DNA of 64,000 nucleotides from Rubripirellula sp. (GTDB lineage: Bacteria; Planctomycetota; Planctomycetia; Pirellulales; Pirellulaceae). Made by a program: the position numbers and the translations under genes. The stretch lies in assembly GCA_965216875.1 (NCBI GenBank), contig OZ244207.1:5056001-5120000 (forward strand). Direction: 5' to 3'. The notes under the pieces are model-generated. The model worked only from the letters and a program-made list of their open reading frames with translations. It did not search any database and was not told the DNA's origin. Numbering within the stretch: the stretch's first letter is position 1; each line of letters opens with the position of its first letter. This document shows positions 1-10,233 of this stretch, piece after piece.

Positions 1-111
1 CTCGCAAGGCATCATTAACCAAACCTTCATCGCGGACCCCAGAGACTTCACGGTCTCTAGACCCCAACCCGCCGCTTCAACCAAACCTACTCCGCTCGAT
101 CCAACAGGGAG

Positions 112-741
112 ATGCAAGCCATCTTGATGTCAACACTGATGCTTCTCGCGCAAGACGATGCCATCGCCGAGACCTCGTCGTGGTGGGCTTGGGTCGAACC
201 GACGACAAGCGTCACCATTGCGCTCTTGTTGATCGTCGGCTGCGTGATCGCCTGGGGACTGAACATCATCGCGTTGCCAGGCAATTGGATCGCCGTTGCC
301 ATCATTGCGCTTTACACATGGCTTGGGCCCGCCGAAGGCCGCACGTCAGTCGGGTGGCTGGTTCTTGTCGGCGCGGTCGTGTGCGCTGCGATCGGCGAAT
401 TGGTCGAGTTCCTTGCCAGCGCACTCGGTGCTCAAAAAGCGGGCGCCAGCCGCAAGGCAACCGTCTACGCCGTCATCGGTTCGATGCTCGGCGCCATCGG
501 CGGCGCCTTCATCGGAGTGCCTGTCCCCATTGTCGGCAGCATCATTGCCGCAATCTTGTTTGGAGGCCTCGGTGCGACCGCCGGTGCGATGTATGGCGAA
601 TGGAGCAACGGCAAGACAATCAAAGAAAGCTGGGGCATCGGCCATGCCGCCTTCTGGGGCCGGACCTTCGGAACGGTCGGAAAAATCGCCTGCGGCTTCG
701 GCATCATCATCTTTGCCGTCGCCGGCGTCGTTTTGATGTAG
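112..741 (+). CDS. DUF456-family membrane protein
   Basis: Hydrophobic Gly/Ala-rich protein with LPGNW, GASRK and GSIIAAILFG-type segments typical of DUF456. Confidence 0.75.
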   Translation: MQAILMSTLMLLAQDDAIAETSSWWAWVEPTTSVTIALLLIVGCVIAWGLNIIALPGNWIAVAIIALYTWLGPAEGRTSVGWLVLVGAVVCAAIGELVEFLASALGAQKAGASRKATVYAVIGSMLGAIGGAFIGVPVPIVGSIIAAILFGGLGATAGAMYGEWSNGKTIKESWGIGHAAFWGRTFGTVGKIACGFGIIIFAVAGVVLM

Positions 742-753
742 CCAAGAGCCACG

Positions 754-982
754 CGGCTCCGCAGGAGCGTCGCCCTCCCATCCACCCTCGTTCCCACGGT
801 CTCTCACCCTCGTTCCCACGGTCTCCGTGGGAACGCACTCTTCGGACGCTCCGCGTCCACCAACCGCTCAACCATGCGGCTCCGCCCTCCCATCGTTCCA
901 AGCATCAGCCGCCGAGCGATCGCGCGGTTTTCGATCATCGGCTCTCCGCTGCAACCGCACGCTATCGCGCTCCCGGCTGATG
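754..982. repeat. Mosaic REP-like cluster: family X (754-779), family A partial plus full (786-858), family B doublet (902-982)
   Basis: Hairpins gttcccacg-gtctc-cgtgggaac and ggacgc-tcc-gcgtcc recur at 2720, 14163 and 33705; catcagccg...cggctgatg inverted arms recur at 14235 and 16007. Confidence 0.85.
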
Positions 983-1063
983 ACTCCATCGGGGCGACTT
1001 GCTAGCAACGAAATCGGTTGACCCGACTCGGCGCGATTTCGTACCGTCGGCCACAGTCTCTGG

Positions 1064-2698
1064 ATGAGCTCAAACGGGTTTCCGATGACGCACAGTCGAC
1101 GCACGAACGATCGCCGGCGACGAGTCCTCTATTCGACTCACCAAGCCGACAACTCCCCCACGACAGCAGCTAGCCGTCGACAGGCTGAACGTCTGCGCGA
1201 AGCGCGGCGGCCGACGGCTGCCTACGGCATTCGCGTTCAACGTCGACTGCGTGGTCGCTGGTTCTCGCTAGTGCCTGTTCGTCGCCGAGCCATGGTGACC
1301 GTTTGCAGCGTCCTGTTTGGCCTCGCCGCGCTGCTCTGCCTCGCTCATTACGCGGCAATCACTTGGCCTTCGATCGCCTACCGACCTGAGATCGCGCGCC
1401 CTCTGCGGCTTGATCGTTCTGACAGTTTTGGGCAATACATGACTTGCGCGATGCTGGCCGGGTGTGCGGGCGCATCGCTGATGATTTACCAACTGCGACG
1501 CTACCGCATCGATGACTATCAAGGACGGTATCGGCTTTGGCGATTAGTGTTGGTCATCCTCGGATTGTCCAGCTTCAATGCACTTGTTTCGATGATCGAC
1601 TGGTTGGGTGCGATCATGGAAGTTGGCTTTGGCCAACGTGTTGCTCTAACCGGTGGCGACTGGATTCGTTTGGTTGTGGGAATTGGCGGCGCCATCCTGT
1701 GGCTCCGCTTGATCGCCGAGATGCGTCGGTGTCGCTTTGCTCTCGGCACGTTGATCGCATCAGGTCTGTTCTTCGCGGCGCCCGAAGCAGCTCGCTGGAA
1801 TATCCTGCCAACCGACACCGTCCCGACCTGGATACTCGTTACCTCCGCTCCGCTACTTGCGGCAACCACATTGATGGTCTCCTTGGGCAGCTACCTTCGC
1901 ATGCTCTACCGCGAAGTGCGTGAGATCGAAGATTCCGAGTCGCTCGTCGAGCGTATGCAAAAGATCAAGTTACGTCTCTTCACTCGCGACGAAGACGACT
2001 ACGACGAGCAAGAAGACGAATCGGACGAAGACGAGAGTGAAGTCTACGCCGAGGACGAAGAACCTTCACGCAAGCGTCGCTGGTGGCGACGACGCAAGCG
2101 AACCGCCGTCGCCGATGAAGCCGATGACGAGTCAGATGAAGAAGCGTACGAAGAGGAAGAAGAGGAGTACGAAGAGGACGAGGTCGCCGAGCAGGAAGAG
2201 GAACAGGACGCGCGCCCACGCCGTCGCTGGTTCGGCCTGAGGAAAGCCAAAGCCCAGTCGCAAGAAGACGACGCAGTGGGCGACCCAGTGGACGACGACG
2301 ATGAGGAAGAACCGGAAGCAAGCGAAGAAGCCGAAACTCCGAAGAAGAAAAAACGCCGATTCTCACTCCGCCTAAAACCACCGAAACCGGCAAGCGAAGA
2401 CGAAGGTGAAAGCGAACCGGACGCCAGCCAAGACGATGCCGACGGTGAAGAAGAACCGAGCGGCAAAAAACGACGCGGACTCGGTGGTTGGCTCCGAAGT
2501 AAAAAATCAGCCGCGCCATCGGAGTCCGAGGACGAAGTCACCTTCGAAGAGGTGGGTGAACCCGCAGCCTCTCGAACGTCTCCTTCTGAAGACGAGGAAG
2601 AAGAGATCAATCCCGACGAGATCGACTGGAGCAAAATGAGCAAGTCGGAACGCCGCCGGCTGAGGAAGAAGCTCAAACGCCAGGGCAAAGCCGCGTAG
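1064..2698 (+). CDS. Multi-pass membrane protein with long acidic/basic low-complexity C-terminal tail (start may be 1085)
   Basis: Several hydrophobic helices in the N-terminal half, then D/E-rich tracts interrupted by K/R-aromatic blocks. Confidence 0.75.
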   Translation: MSSNGFPMTHSRRTNDRRRRVLYSTHQADNSPTTAASRRQAERLREARRPTAAYGIRVQRRLRGRWFSLVPVRRRAMVTVCSVLFGLAALLCLAHYAAITWPSIAYRPEIARPLRLDRSDSFGQYMTCAMLAGCAGASLMIYQLRRYRIDDYQGRYRLWRLVLVILGLSSFNALVSMIDWLGAIMEVGFGQRVALTGGDWIRLVVGIGGAILWLRLIAEMRRCRFALGTLIASGLFFAAPEAARWNILPTDTVPTWILVTSAPLLAATTLMVSLGSYLRMLYREVREIEDSESLVERMQKIKLRLFTRDEDDYDEQEDESDEDESEVYAEDEEPSRKRRWWRRRKRTAVADEADDESDEEAYEEEEEEYEEDEVAEQEEEQDARPRRRWFGLRKAKAQSQEDDAVGDPVDDDDEEEPEASEEAETPKKKKRRFSLRLKPPKPASEDEGESEPDASQDDADGEEEPSGKKRRGLGGWLRSKKSAAPSESEDEVTFEEVGEPAASRTSPSEDEEEEINPDEIDWSKMSKSERRRLRKKLKRQGKAA

Positions 2699-2711
2699 CA
2701 GAACGTCAAAA

Positions 2712-2909
2712 CGGCTCCTCCTCGTTCCCACGGTCTCCGTGGGAACGCACCCCTCATTCTCTCCTCGTTCCCGCGGTCTCCGTGGGAATGCACCTTTCGG
2801 ACGCTCCGCGTCCCCTTCGTAGGTCATGCTCCGCATGACAACCGCTCGCCTTGCGGGCTGTTGAGTGCAAGGCCCAACGCAAGGCCCGACGCAAGCGCGT
2901 TCGGCTCAC
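2712..2909. repeat. Mosaic REP-like cluster: X fragment, two family A copies (2720-2814), GTAG hairpin J (2819-2839), family C (2869-2909)
   Basis: Direct matches to the copies at 786-858, 6451-6478 and 12612-12638. Confidence 0.85.
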
Positions 2910-3014
2910 GATGCCCACGTGAGAAAACTGGGTGCCTGTTAGTCCGATGGCCGAATCGTGTATCTTGCTCGACGGTCGTTTTATCCCTTTCCCACTACGT
3001 TGACGTTCCCTTCC

Positions 3015-4571
3015 ATGTCTCGCACTCGATTTGCGCCCAGCCCTACCGGTTACCTTCACATCGGTGGCGTTCGCACGGCTCTGTTCAATTGGCTATTGGC
3101 CAAACAAGACGGCCAGTTCATCTTGCGTATCGACGACACCGATTCGAAACGCAACGTCAGTGAAGCCTTGCAACCGATCCTCGATGGGTTCCGTTGGCTC
3201 GGAATGACATGGGATGAAGGCCCCGACGTCGACGGCCCCCATGCACCGTACTATCAATCACAACGGTCCGACCGCTACGACGCGGCCGTCCAACAGTTGC
3301 TCGACAGCGGCCACGCTTATCGCGACTACTCCAAACCGGCTGAGTACGCCGCCCAACGTGAAGCAGCGGAGAAGGCTGGCCAAGGCTTTCAGTACGATCG
3401 AGCCTGGATGGCCGAAGACGATGCGGCCGCCGAGAAGTTTGAAGCCGAGGGACGCTCCGCCGTGGTTCGCTTGAAAATGCCGCGTGACGGAGAGTGCGTC
3501 ATCGATGATCTGGTGCGTGGGGAAGTCCGCTTCGAATGGGGACTCGAACAAGACACCGTCATTCAGCGTGCCGATGGGCGGTGCACCTATCACTTGGCCT
3601 CGGTCGTCGATGATCACGACTACCAAATCACTCACGTCGTGCGCGCCGAAGAGCATCTTTCCAACACGCCGCGACAAGTCTTTATCTTCGAATCACTCGG
3701 CTATGAACGCCCAGCGTTTGCACACGTTCCCGCGGTGGCGGAACCGGGCGGAACGGCGAAACTGAGTAAACGGAAACTTGACAGGTACAAAAACAACAAA
3801 GACTTTGCGCAGCTACTAGCCTCTGGCCAGTCGATTGCCGCGCGCTGTGGCATCGCGACTTCGGACGACACCTTCAATCCAGTCATCATCGACTTCTATC
3901 GCGAGATCGGTTTTGATCCCGAGCCGATACTGAATTACCTGGTGTTGCTCGGTTGGTCACTTGATGGTGAAACCGAAAAGTTCACGGTCGACGAAATGAT
4001 CGAAAACTTCTCGCTCGGCCGCGTCAACAAAGCATCCTCATCTTTCGACCCCAAGAAACTGGTGGCGTTCCAGGGCGACTACTTCGCCGCGCTCCCGCTG
4101 GACGATCGTATCGCGCGGGTGAAGCCATTCGCCGAACGCGGCGGACTGCTTGCCGGTGAAGGTGCTGACGCGTTACTGCGAACGGTTGTCGAATCGGCCG
4201 GTGATCGCTTGAAAATGGGCGGCGACATTTTCGATTTCGATTACTGCTTTATCGACCAATTTGAATACGACGACAAAGCCTTCAACAAGCGGATTCTCAA
4301 ACCCGAAGACGCTTGCGAGCTGCTTGCAAAACTGAGCGAGCACCTTGGCGGGTGTGATGCGTTTGACGCCGAAGCCGTCGAAGCCTCAGTCAACGCCTTC
4401 TGCGAAGCCAACGAGATCAAGCTTGGGCAGATCATTCACGCACTGCGCGTTGCCACAACGGGGCGGCCCGCCGGATTTGGCATGTTTGAAACGCTCGCCG
4501 TTCTCGGTAAAGAGAAAGTCATCGAGCGAATCGGCAAAGCGGTCGAGCGAGCTGCCGAAGTCACTGGCTGA
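3015..4571 (+). CDS. gltX: Glutamate--tRNA ligase
   Basis: [23 protein letters not shown] and KLSKR motifs; start set at the ATG before RTRFAP. Confidence 0.95.
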   Translation: MSRTRFAPSPTGYLHIGGVRTALFNWLLAKQDGQFILRIDDTDSKRNVSEALQPILDGFRWLGMTWDEGPDVDGPHAPYYQSQRSDRYDAAVQQLLDSGHAYRDYSKPAEYAAQREAAEKAGQGFQYDRAWMAEDDAAAEKFEAEGRSAVVRLKMPRDGECVIDDLVRGEVRFEWGLEQDTVIQRADGRCTYHLASVVDDHDYQITHVVRAEEHLSNTPRQVFIFESLGYERPAFAHVPAVAEPGGTAKLSKRKLDRYKNNKDFAQLLASGQSIAARCGIATSDDTFNPVIIDFYREIGFDPEPILNYLVLLGWSLDGETEKFTVDEMIENFSLGRVNKASSSFDPKKLVAFQGDYFAALPLDDRIARVKPFAERGGLLAGEGADALLRTVVESAGDRLKMGGDIFDFDYCFIDQFEYDDKAFNKRILKPEDACELLAKLSEHLGGCDAFDAEAVEASVNAFCEANEIKLGQIIHALRVATTGRPAGFGMFETLAVLGKEKVIERIGKAVERAAEVTG

Positions 4572-4682
4572 GGCCGGTCCGAATCGCTCGTTGATGCGAC
4601 AATCTGTGTGGCTGCGAAAAAACGTTACTCACGATACGATTGGGGGTAGAGAGCTCCCATTTTGCGTCCTTTTGGTGACAGA

Positions 4683-6296
4683 ATGACCCCAAAATCCCTG
4701 TTTCGTGCGACCTTCCTTCCCACCTTGGTCGCCGCAAGTCTGGTCCTGATCGGTTGTAGCCCCAAAGAATTCCCCGTCGAATTCGAAGCGAACCTCGTTC
4801 ACTCGATGAAATACGAGTTGAAGGAAGGTTTCTCGATGCAACAGGCAAGCGACGACGCGATGTGGGTGACCGAATACATGTTCGGCACCGCTAACGATCC
4901 GAAGATCCCTGACTTCATCACCGAAGACGACAAACGCAACTCGATCGTGTCACTCGAGCGATTGGTTGCCGCTTCGGGCGCCGCCGATGAGGCCGGAAGA
5001 GGCCTGTTCCGAAAACACTGTGTGGTTTGCCATGGCGTAACAGGCGACGGGCGTGGGCCAACCGCCGCTGTGCAAACTCCTTACCCACGCGATTACCGCA
5101 TGGGCGTTTTTAAATTCAAATCGACTCCGCGGGGTGTCAAACCGACCCGAGAGGATTTGTCCCGTGTCGTGCGTGAGGGCATCGCGGGCACGGCGATGAA
5201 AAAGATCCCAGAGCTGAGCGAAGATGACATTCAAGCGCTCGTCGATTACGTCATCTACCTTTCTTGGCGTGGCGAGTTCGAACGCACATTGATCGATGTG
5301 GGCGTTCGCGACTGGGACCTTGAAGGTGGCGACCGGGTCACAAACGTCGACCTTGCAAAGCGATTGTTCTCAAACGAAGCGTTGCGTGAAGAACTCGAAA
5401 CGCTCAGTGACGAAATCGACGGTGATGACCTCGCCGACTACGGCAGGTACATCGCTTTCCAAAAACGACTCAGCAGTGAGCCTGGATTCAAAGGTCGCTT
5501 GGAAGCCGAGGAAGATCCTGAGGACCTCGACGACGAAGCAAAAGATCTGCTCAAGAAAGAGCGTAAGGCATACAAGGACTACAACAAGTTCGCCAAGAAG
5601 CTCGAGAAAGATCCAGAAATGGAAACGGAGATGATGAACGCTTTGACGAAGGTTCAAAACGCCGACGACATCGAGCAATTTGAAATCTTCAACGAGATGT
5701 GGGAATACAACATCGAATACGTCCAGGACATCGCCGACGAATGGCTTGAAGCCAAAGAGGACGCCGTCGAAGTGCCCGAGCCTCCAGCCGGTTTGCCATT
5801 GGCAAATTCATACGAAGAGTATCAGCAGCTCGCAAAGGGTGACCAAGCGACCCAACTCGCCGCGTCCGTTGAACGCGGTCGCGAACTGTTCACCGGCAAG
5901 ATCGCCTCGTGCAGCAAGTGCCATGGCGAGAAAGGACTCGGTAACGGTCAAACCAACGACTATGACGACTGGACCAAAGACTGGACGACACGATTCGACT
6001 TCAAGCCAGAAGATCGCGATTCGCTGGTTCCCATGCTTGCTCGTGGAGCCCTTCCACCGGTGAACGCGATCCCACGGAACTTCCAAGAAGGCATTTTCCG
6101 TGGTGGGTCGACATCTGCCGATCTTTACCTGCGAATCACCCAAGGGATCGATGGCACGCCGATGCCGGCGGCGACCTTTGTGCCTGAGCAATTCGAAAAA
6201 GACGAAGTTTGGCACATCATCAACTTCATCCGCTCGCTGCAAACGACCGACGCCGAAGCCGAATCGGAACCGAAAAAGGTCGAGAAGGAAGCGTAG
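4683..6296 (+). CDS. Diheme c-type cytochrome lipoprotein
   Basis: Lipobox LVLIGC; two CxxCH motifs (CVVCH, CSKCH), each followed by a G-I-x-G-T-x-M distal Met segment. Confidence 0.85.
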   Translation: MTPKSLFRATFLPTLVAASLVLIGCSPKEFPVEFEANLVHSMKYELKEGFSMQQASDDAMWVTEYMFGTANDPKIPDFITEDDKRNSIVSLERLVAASGAADEAGRGLFRKHCVVCHGVTGDGRGPTAAVQTPYPRDYRMGVFKFKSTPRGVKPTREDLSRVVREGIAGTAMKKIPELSEDDIQALVDYVIYLSWRGEFERTLIDVGVRDWDLEGGDRVTNVDLAKRLFSNEALREELETLSDEIDGDDLADYGRYIAFQKRLSSEPGFKGRLEAEEDPEDLDDEAKDLLKKERKAYKDYNKFAKKLEKDPEMETEMMNALTKVQNADDIEQFEIFNEMWEYNIEYVQDIADEWLEAKEDAVEVPEPPAGLPLANSYEEYQQLAKGDQATQLAASVERGRELFTGKIASCSKCHGEKGLGNGQTNDYDDWTKDWTTRFDFKPEDRDSLVPMLARGALPPVNAIPRNFQEGIFRGGSTSADLYLRITQGIDGTPMPAATFVPEQFEKDEVWHIINFIRSLQTTDAEAESEPKKVEKEA

Positions 6297-6516
6297 GCCG
6301 GATCAGCGTAGGCCGGATCAAGGAGCGACAGCGACGCGGATCCGGCGTAGCTACCTTCGCCAGAAGGTGGGACGTTAGCAAGCCGTCCTCCACCGCCCAC
6401 GCTCTGGCGAGCGTAGCTACGGCGAAGAATGAAAGGCCCAACAGTGTGTAGGGCCCGACGCTAGCGCGTTTGGCTCACGGGGTTCACACAATCCGCCTAA
6501 AGGCGGGACTACAAAC
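6291..6516. repeat. Mosaic REP-like cluster: family E with 15-bp tandem duplication (6291-6346), family D doublet (6347-6420), family C (6451-6478), family F half (6493-6516)
   Basis: GTAG-initiated palindromes with further copies at 37766, 43608, 63445, 12526 and 29268. Confidence 0.9.
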
Positions 6517-6529
6517 GACTTGGCTCGAA

Positions 6530-8212
6530 CTAGAAGCTTCCGCCTCCTCCGAGACCGGAAGCACCGCCAGGATTCGAAACAGCTGGTTGGCTTTTCTCGA
6601 TCGCTTTGAGCCCCTCACCTTGAGCTTCAAGCACCTTCAAGAAACGCTCGAGTTTGCGGTGCACGAGGTAGGTATTGGAAACGACGATTCCGGCTGCATT
6701 GTCGGACGCCTGCACCAAACCGATCGTTCCGGGACCTCCAAGGTTTTCCCAACTATCAGGCGCGATGGTCTGCTGGATCATCTTGATTGCCGACTCATCG
6801 AACTCGAGCCCCTTGGATTTCCCCCAATAGACACGGAGCGTCGGATTCTGCTCGGCAACATCAATGGTGGTGACCAGCATGACTTCGTTGTTCACATCGA
6901 CCGTCAAGTCGAGGTCTCTCAGCATCAAGTTCAACGCGGACTCGAGCGTCACGTCTTTGACGTCAATGTTGACGGGTTGATCTGGGGAAAGACCGATCTC
7001 TTCGATTGCTCGACGGTCGATGATCACTTGCAGATCGTGCATCTCGCTAATCGTTTTCACTGCTTCCTCAAGCGGCAACTCGATGTAGGTCATCTGAGTC
7101 ATGTCATTGAGTTTGGCATCGATCTGGGTGATTGCATTTGCATTGGCAGAGAGCCAACCGAGCCCGTTGTCCACCGATGCCCTGCCGGCCGCATTCGCAG
7201 CTGGTGAAGCCGCGGATGTCTTGGCTACCGACGCTGGCACTCGAATCTTTGCCGGCGCACCGCCACCAAACGGGTCACTGCCGAACGGGTCCGCACCCGA
7301 CGAATCAGGCGTTTCACTAAACGGATCCATCTTGACCACAGCGTTACCGCCACCGAATGGATCGGATCCGTTTGAACCTTTGTTTTGACCACCTTGTGCA
7401 TAGGCAAGTCCTGCAATACCGATCGCCCCAGCAGCAACCATTGAACAGAGAGACAACTTCGACAGCATGATTGGCTCCTTAGCCAGAAGAGGAGAAAAGT
7501 CGACGGGTGTGGAAACGCCCCCACTGGCGTCCACAGCAAGTGAAGTTGTTTGAGAGATCAAATCCGACGCGACGGCCGGACGCGAATCGACCATCGACAA
7601 CACGGCAACCGAAGCCGAAAAAGCAACCCCGCGACGAATCAGTCGCCGCTGCAGTTCCTTTTTCGCTCGCTGCAACCGTCCGCGAATCGCTCCTTCGCTC
7701 GTCCCCAATGTGTCCGCCGTCTGCTGACACGAATGCCCGAGGTAGTAGTGCAAGACGACCGCCTTGCGGTACTTCTCGGGCAGGCCACTAAGCTCTTCAT
7801 CGAGCGCGCGCAGCTGATGATGCTTCGCGATCGATTCGAGAGGGTTCGACGTTTGCATCGGTTCCTCAGAAAGGGGTTGAGCGTTCACCTTGCGATCGCG
7901 AGCACGACATGCCGTGCGATAGGCAACTCGATGCAGCCAAGAAGCAAGTCCGCCGACGTCTCGAATCTTGTCCGCGTCGCGAGCCAAGATCATGAACGTC
8001 GCTTGAAATGCATCCTCGGCATCCTCTCGCGTCCGACACTGACCGACGCAAACCCCCATCACCAGTCGGCTGTAGCGTCCGACCAATTGCTCGAGCGCCT
8101 CGGAATCACGGTGTGATTTCCAAGCGTCCAAAAGGAGCAAATCGCTCGCCTGATCGGTGCCCAAGTCGTCCGGTGGCGGATTCACGACAGATAGTTTTGC
8201 TGCATCACTCAA
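6530..8212 (-). CDS. Planctomycete-type ECF sigma factor with C-terminal extension (hydrophobic segments plus STN/secretin-N-like domain)
   Basis: Region 2 DAEDAFQATF...SWLHRVAYR; region 4 LPEKYR...GAIRGRLQRAK; likely TTG start at 8212 after GAGGG. Confidence 0.85.
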   Translation of the reverse strand: MSDAAKLSVVNPPPDDLGTDQASDLLLLDAWKSHRDSEALEQLVGRYSRLVMGVCVGQCRTREDAEDAFQATFMILARDADKIRDVGGLASWLHRVAYRTACRARDRKVNAQPLSEEPMQTSNPLESIAKHHQLRALDEELSGLPEKYRKAVVLHYYLGHSCQQTADTLGTSEGAIRGRLQRAKKELQRRLIRRGVAFSASVAVLSMVDSRPAVASDLISQTTSLAVDASGGVSTPVDFSPLLAKEPIMLSKLSLCSMVAAGAIGIAGLAYAQGGQNKGSNGSDPFGGGNAVVKMDPFSETPDSSGADPFGSDPFGGGAPAKIRVPASVAKTSAASPAANAAGRASVDNGLGWLSANANAITQIDAKLNDMTQMTYIELPLEEAVKTISEMHDLQVIIDRRAIEEIGLSPDQPVNIDVKDVTLESALNLMLRDLDLTVDVNNEVMLVTTIDVAEQNPTLRVYWGKSKGLEFDESAIKMIQQTIAPDSWENLGGPGTIGLVQASDNAAGIVVSNTYLVHRKLERFLKVLEAQGEGLKAIEKSQPAVSNPGGASGLGGGGSF

Positions 8213-8493
8213 TGGGTTTCCCTCAAACAACAGTCTAATAGTGCAAACCTCCCCCCAACACGCGCGCAAATTCCGAAAAAAAAGCCTCCCCGGACGTCCC
8301 AGCCACTTACTCCCTTGCCCGATTCCTCTGGCTAACGCCGCTACGGCATTCAGGCACCCCTAACCTGTCGATGACGGAAACGGAGCGAAGGTGGCCGGCA
8401 ATCCCTCTCGTCAGCGAAGGGGTTCTGTCCTACGATTCAGGCGAATTCGACAGGTTTTTCCTGTCCCAACGCCCTTCGCGGAATAGTGAAACG

Positions 8494-10185
8494 ATGAGTG
8501 AAGAAGCCGAAGAGAAACGCGAAACCAAGAACTTCGTCGAGCAAGCGATCGAGGCCGACTTGGCCGATGGGCGTTTTCAAGGTGTCTTCACCCGATTTCC
8601 CCCCGAACCCAACGGCTACCTCCACATCGGACACGCCAAAAGCATCTGCCTGAATTTTGGACTCGCCCAAAAATACGACGGCACCTGCAACCTGCGCTTC
8701 GACGATACCAATCCTTCCAAAGAAGAAACCGAGTACGTCGAATCAATCCAGGAAGACATTCGCTGGCTCGGTTTCGAGTGGGACAACCTGCACTTTGCCA
8801 GCGACTACTTTGACCAGCTCTATCAGTGGGCTGAAAAACTGATTCAAAGTGGTGATGCCTACGTCTGTGATCTAACCGGCGAGCAAACACGCGAGTATCG
8901 CGGCACGCTGACCGAACCGGGCAAGAACAGTCCCTTCCGAGATCGCTCGCCGGAAGAGAACCTTGACCTGTTTCGCCAAATGCGCGACGGCAAGTTTGAA
9001 GATGGCTCGCGAACACTACGAGCCAAGATCGACATGGCTTCGCCCAACTTGAACCTGCGCGATCCGGTGATGTACCGAATCCTTCGCGCAACGCATCACC
9101 GCACCGGCGACAAGTGGTGCATCTATCCCATGTATGATTGGGCACACGGACAAAGCGATTCGATCGAGAACATTTCCTTTTCGATCTGCACTCTCGAGTT
9201 TGAAAACCATCGCCCACTCTACGATTGGTTCTGTCAAAAACTCGAAATCCATCACCCACGTCAGATGGAGTTCGCGCGGCTCAACCTGAACTACACCGTG
9301 ATGAGCAAACGAAAGTTGCTCCAACTGGTCAAAGAAGATCGCGTCTCGGGATGGGATGACCCGCGGATGCCAACGATCTCTGGCTTAAGACGACGCGGGT
9401 ACACACCTGAATCGATTCGCAACTTTGCCACCGACGTTGGTGTTGCCAAATTCAACAGCACGATCGACATCATTCGCTTGGAAAACTCGGTTCGCGAACA
9501 TCTGAACAAAGTCGCGTTGCGACGGATGGCTGTGCTTGATCCCGTCAAATTGACGATCACGAATTGGCCGGAAGACAATACCGAGATGACCGAGGCAATC
9601 AACAACCCCGAAGATCCTCAGGCGGGTAAACGCGAAGTTCCTTTCTCGCGAAATCTGTTGATCGAGCGAGCCGACTTTCGCGAAGAGGCACCGCGCAAGT
9701 ACTTCCGACTCAAAAAGGGCGGGGCAGTGCGGTTGCGAGCCGGCTACATCATCGACTGCCAAGACGTCGTCAAAGATGACGATGGCAACATCATCGAAAT
9801 CCTTTGCACCTACGACCCCGAAACCAAGAGCGGTTCAGACACTTCTGGACGCAAGGTCAAAGGCACGATCCACTGGGTCAGTGCCGACCACGCTGCCGAA
9901 GTCGAAGTGCGTACCTACGACCGATTGTTCGGCGTCGAAAATCCAAACAACACCGAGGAAGGCCAGACCTTCCTTGACCACCTGAACCCAAACTCACTTT
10001 CTGTTGAAACCGCCTACGTCGAACCGGCACTTGGCCAGGCGAAGGTCGACGACCGCGTTCAGTTCGAACGCCTTGGCTATTACGTTGTCGACAAGGACAG
10101 CAGCGACGACAAACTCGTCTTCAACCGCATCGTGCCACTACGCGACAGCTGGGGCAAAATGGAAGCGAAAGGCAAAACCAACTAA
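8494..10185 (+). CDS. glnS: Glutamine--tRNA ligase
   Basis: [31 protein letters not shown] and QFERLGY motifs. Confidence 0.95.
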   Translation: MSEEAEEKRETKNFVEQAIEADLADGRFQGVFTRFPPEPNGYLHIGHAKSICLNFGLAQKYDGTCNLRFDDTNPSKEETEYVESIQEDIRWLGFEWDNLHFASDYFDQLYQWAEKLIQSGDAYVCDLTGEQTREYRGTLTEPGKNSPFRDRSPEENLDLFRQMRDGKFEDGSRTLRAKIDMASPNLNLRDPVMYRILRATHHRTGDKWCIYPMYDWAHGQSDSIENISFSICTLEFENHRPLYDWFCQKLEIHHPRQMEFARLNLNYTVMSKRKLLQLVKEDRVSGWDDPRMPTISGLRRRGYTPESIRNFATDVGVAKFNSTIDIIRLENSVREHLNKVALRRMAVLDPVKLTITNWPEDNTEMTEAINNPEDPQAGKREVPFSRNLLIERADFREEAPRKYFRLKKGGAVRLRAGYIIDCQDVVKDDDGNIIEILCTYDPETKSGSDTSGRKVKGTIHWVSADHAAEVEVRTYDRLFGVENPNNTEEGQTFLDHLNPNSLSVETAYVEPALGQAKVDDRVQFERLGYYVVDKDSSDDKLVFNRIVPLRDSWGKMEAKGKTN

Positions 10186-10233
10186 GGAAGCTTGGTGGCA
10201 AACCAGTAAAGCCTCGCCCTCACGCGCAGAGGC

